A DNA stretch of 64,000 bases, taken from the NCBI RefSeq assembly GCF_011745625.1, contig NW_027191463.1, positions 558,001-622,000 of the forward strand, read 5' to 3'. Positions 61,150-64,000 of this stretch are shown here, piece after piece. The position numbers were made by a program, and so were the translations under genes. This DNA comes from Cladosporium halotolerans (taxonomy: Eukaryota). Position 1 is the stretch's first letter. Each line of letters starts with the position of its first letter. The notes under the pieces are model-generated. The model saw only the letters and a list, made by a program, of their open reading frames with translations, was not told the DNA's origin and did not search any database.

Positions 61150-62499
61150 ATGCAGGCAGTCGTATTCAAGGGAGTGAGGGATGTAGCCGTGGAAGAGAGG
61201 CCTAAGCCCAGCTTGCAAGATTCGAGTGACATAATAGTGAAGGTGCGCTACACTGCATTGTGCGGCAGGTGAGTCAGATAACTATATGTCCGTCATCGTT
61301 CATTCACACCTCCATGGTCTTTTTGAAGTACTTTGGAAATCGCTGACCCGATATGCCGAATATTATAGCGAGCTGCATGTCTTTCGCGGTCACCAGCCTT
61401 CTGGCACTGGGTTTATCATGGGCCATGAGTTCACTGGAACAGTAGAGGAGATTGGCAGCGACGTTCACACTGTGCAGAAAGGTGACATGGTTGTGGCACC
61501 TTTTACTGTCAGCTGTGGGGAATGCTTCTTCTGCAAGAACGGATTTTCTTCTCGGTGCCAACAAAGTCGCCTATTCGGAACCGCTGCTCTGGATGGCGGT
61601 CAGGCTGAGTACGTGCTTGTGCCTCTGGCAGACTCCACAGTCGTCAAAGCCCCCGACAACATTGAGGAGTTGAAACTCTGTTTGATGGCCGACATCTTCC
61701 CTACCGGCTATTTCGCCGCGTCAAACGCTTTCAAGGATGCCACCAAGGAGCAGATTCAAGACAGCGTAGTCGTCCTATTCGGCTGCGGGCCGGTAGGCCT
61801 TTGTGCGCTCGTCTCGGCTTTAATGTATAAGCCTAGAGCTCTACTTGCAGTCGACGGTGTTGAAAGTCGTCTCACGACTGCAGAACAGCTCGGTGCAGAA
61901 CCATGGAACTATCAGGCTCCTGAAGCGTTGACTGCCCGAGTTAATGAGTTGACTAATGGACGCGGTGCCGACATGGTCATCGAGGTGGTGGGTCACAGCT
62001 CCGCTCTTGACTTGGGGTTCAAGCTACTGCGCTCTTGGGGCAGAATGTCTAGCGTTGGAGTCCACAATGGTGAAATCCCTTGGACCGGAAACCAAGCCTA
62101 TGGCAAGAACCTTACCATACAGATGGGGAGATGTCCTGTGAAGAGTGAGCCTTCATCCCTTCCGCTATCACTAAGTTGCACTAAATCCTCACATGACGAT
62201 GGTTTCCCTACATTGCCAAAATCACACATCTAGCTTCGACGATAAAGCCGAGAACTGACAAAAGATATCAGGTATTTTCAAAGAGGCGCTCAAAGCTTTG
62301 GAAAAGCAACAAGAACTGCTCGGGTACGTCAGTGGCTGTCTTTTCGGAAAATGATACAACCCACTTTTGGATTCAGCTAACTGTTGCTTTCGCCAGTTTC
62401 ATGACCGAAACTGTGATGCCTTTAAGTCAGGCTGTCGAAGGCTATGAGATTTTTGACAAAATGAGGGCTCAGAAGGTGATTTTTGATGCCACGAAGTGA
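61150..62499 (+). CDS. Zn-dependent medium-chain alcohol dehydrogenase (FDH-like subgroup); 4 exons
   Basis: ALCGS|ELH, GHEFTG, CGECFFC...C, ADIFPTGY, GCGPVG; introns 61269-61368, 62145-62271 and 62324-62396. Confidence 0.93.
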
Positions 62500-62917
62500 A
62501 CAACAGCAGACTCTTTCGACTGCCAACTTGCGTCTGACAAGAGAAAGGAGCGAGGGCCAAGTTGGCCCAAGGCATTCATGATTCGTTGTACTTCATCGCG
62601 TAGTGTTGCTTGTAGATCTGCGCACACATCATTTGCACTGCACCGATTTCCTATTAGGCGTAGATGTCTTGAGAACGTGGTTCGCCCAGGACATGCGATT
62701 CAGCATCATCCGTTATTGATGCCATGGCTTTCTGATGCCGATTGAATACATCATCTTTACTAGCGGAAAGGAATCAGTGAATGTTTACAAGTTTCTCCAC
62801 TTACGCCAGAGCGAAAATTGGATGGACTGAAGAGGCAACCGTTGTGCAAAATGATGTGTAGCGTCTTGTGTTAAGCAAGATGTTTCTTATGGAACATGGT
62901 TTCTGCCTTTCTACCGT

Positions 62918-64000
62918 CTATAGATTCCCAATGGTCACAGACTTCACATTTTGATACTCCTGTATCCCCAGAAGACTGCCCTCGCGACCGCAACCACTTT
63001 CCTTGACTCCACCAAACGGTGTCTCGGCGGCGCTTATGAGACCGGTGTTTACGCCCACCATACCACACTGGAGTTGGCGTACAACCCGCATAACGCGACT
63101 GATATCTCTGCTGAAAAAGTAACCAGCGAGCCCGTATTCAGTGTCGTTTGAGAGCCTTATCGCCTCTGATTCGTCGGAAAAAGCAAAAATGGCTGCAAGG
63201 GGTCCAAATGTCTCTTCGTAGGCGACTTGCATGGCAGAAGTCGCTCCCGTCAGCACCGTGGGCTGGTAGAAGAATCCTTTCCCATCCGCAGGCGCTTGGC
63301 CACCAGTAAGCAGACGGGCTCCTTTGGCGATTGCGTCCTGGACATGTGCTTCCATCTTCGAAACTGCTGCGCGGTTGATCAAAGGACCTTGAGTAGTATC
63401 GGTATCGAGCCCAGCCCCGAGTCTGAGCTGCTCCACACGAGAGACTAGTTTGGCGGCAAACTCATCAACGATGCTCTCGTGCACCAGCAGGCGGTTCGCG
63501 CAAACGCATGTCTGTCCGGCGCAGCGAAATTTGCAGGCCATGGCGCCGTCTACGGCTTTGTCGATATCGGCGTCCTCGAACACCACGAAAGGCGCGTTAC
63601 CTCCAAGCTCCATGCTGATACGCTTCATCGTTCCCATGGCGGTGGCGGCTAGCATTTTGCCCACCTTGGTCGATCCAGTGAAGCTGAGTTTCTTCACGTC
63701 GGGGTTCCTAGCAAGTTCCATTGATGCCTCACGGTCTTTGGTAGGAATGACGTGTATTACATCAGCTGGAATGCCCGCATCGAGAGCCAGTTTAGCCAGG
63801 GCCAACGCAGTCAGTGGCGTTTCGCTTGGTGGTTATAACCACCGAACAACCGGCTGCGATTGCTGGCGCCACCTTACGCGTAATCATAGCCGCGGGAAAA
63901 TTCCAAGGAGTGATGATACCGCAGACACCAACCGGCTCCCGGTATGTAGACACCATGGTGTTGGGTTGCGATGATGCGATAGTATCACCGTAAGCCCTGG
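62918..64000 (-). pseudogene. Succinate-semialdehyde-dehydrogenase-like ALDH; 5' end lies beyond the window; frameshifted at ~63833
   Basis: [14 protein letters not shown] lies in one frame and PPSETP...FTGST, ELGGNAP, GQTCVC, EETFGP, PFGGVKESG in another; 2 nt are missing from the VIKP motif. Could be an assembly error. Confidence 0.7.

Overview
Gene-dense, GC-rich, intron-containing nuclear DNA of a filamentous ascomycete; Dothideomycetes-like by inference from gene content and intron style. About 30 protein-coding genes and 2 tRNA genes were reconstructed by hand; many are spliced and only partly captured by the ORF track. Positions 1-53.5 kb are mostly housekeeping genes (TSC10, NUG1-like, GOS1, RPL35, ATP10, nitrilase, PMC1, uS11m, TIM44, PFD1, alkaline ceramidase, FarB/CTF1beta, SUMO). 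Main highlights: (1) a lone NACHT NLR whose only N-terminal element is a HET-s-like amyloid motif, with no adjacent effector gene; (2) a lower-GC six-enzyme cluster at the right edge (SDR, OYE, CoA ligase with PTS1, ACAD10/11- or LvaA-type kinase, Zn-ADH, SSADH-like ALDH) resembling a 4-hydroxy/4-oxo-acid catabolic route, whose ALDH is frameshifted inside a perfect 16-bp palindrome; (3) a Nug1/GNL3 homologue that lacks its whole GTPase domain; (4) a repeated C-rich to G-rich switch near gene 3' ends. All calls rest on motif recognition by eye; no database searches were run.
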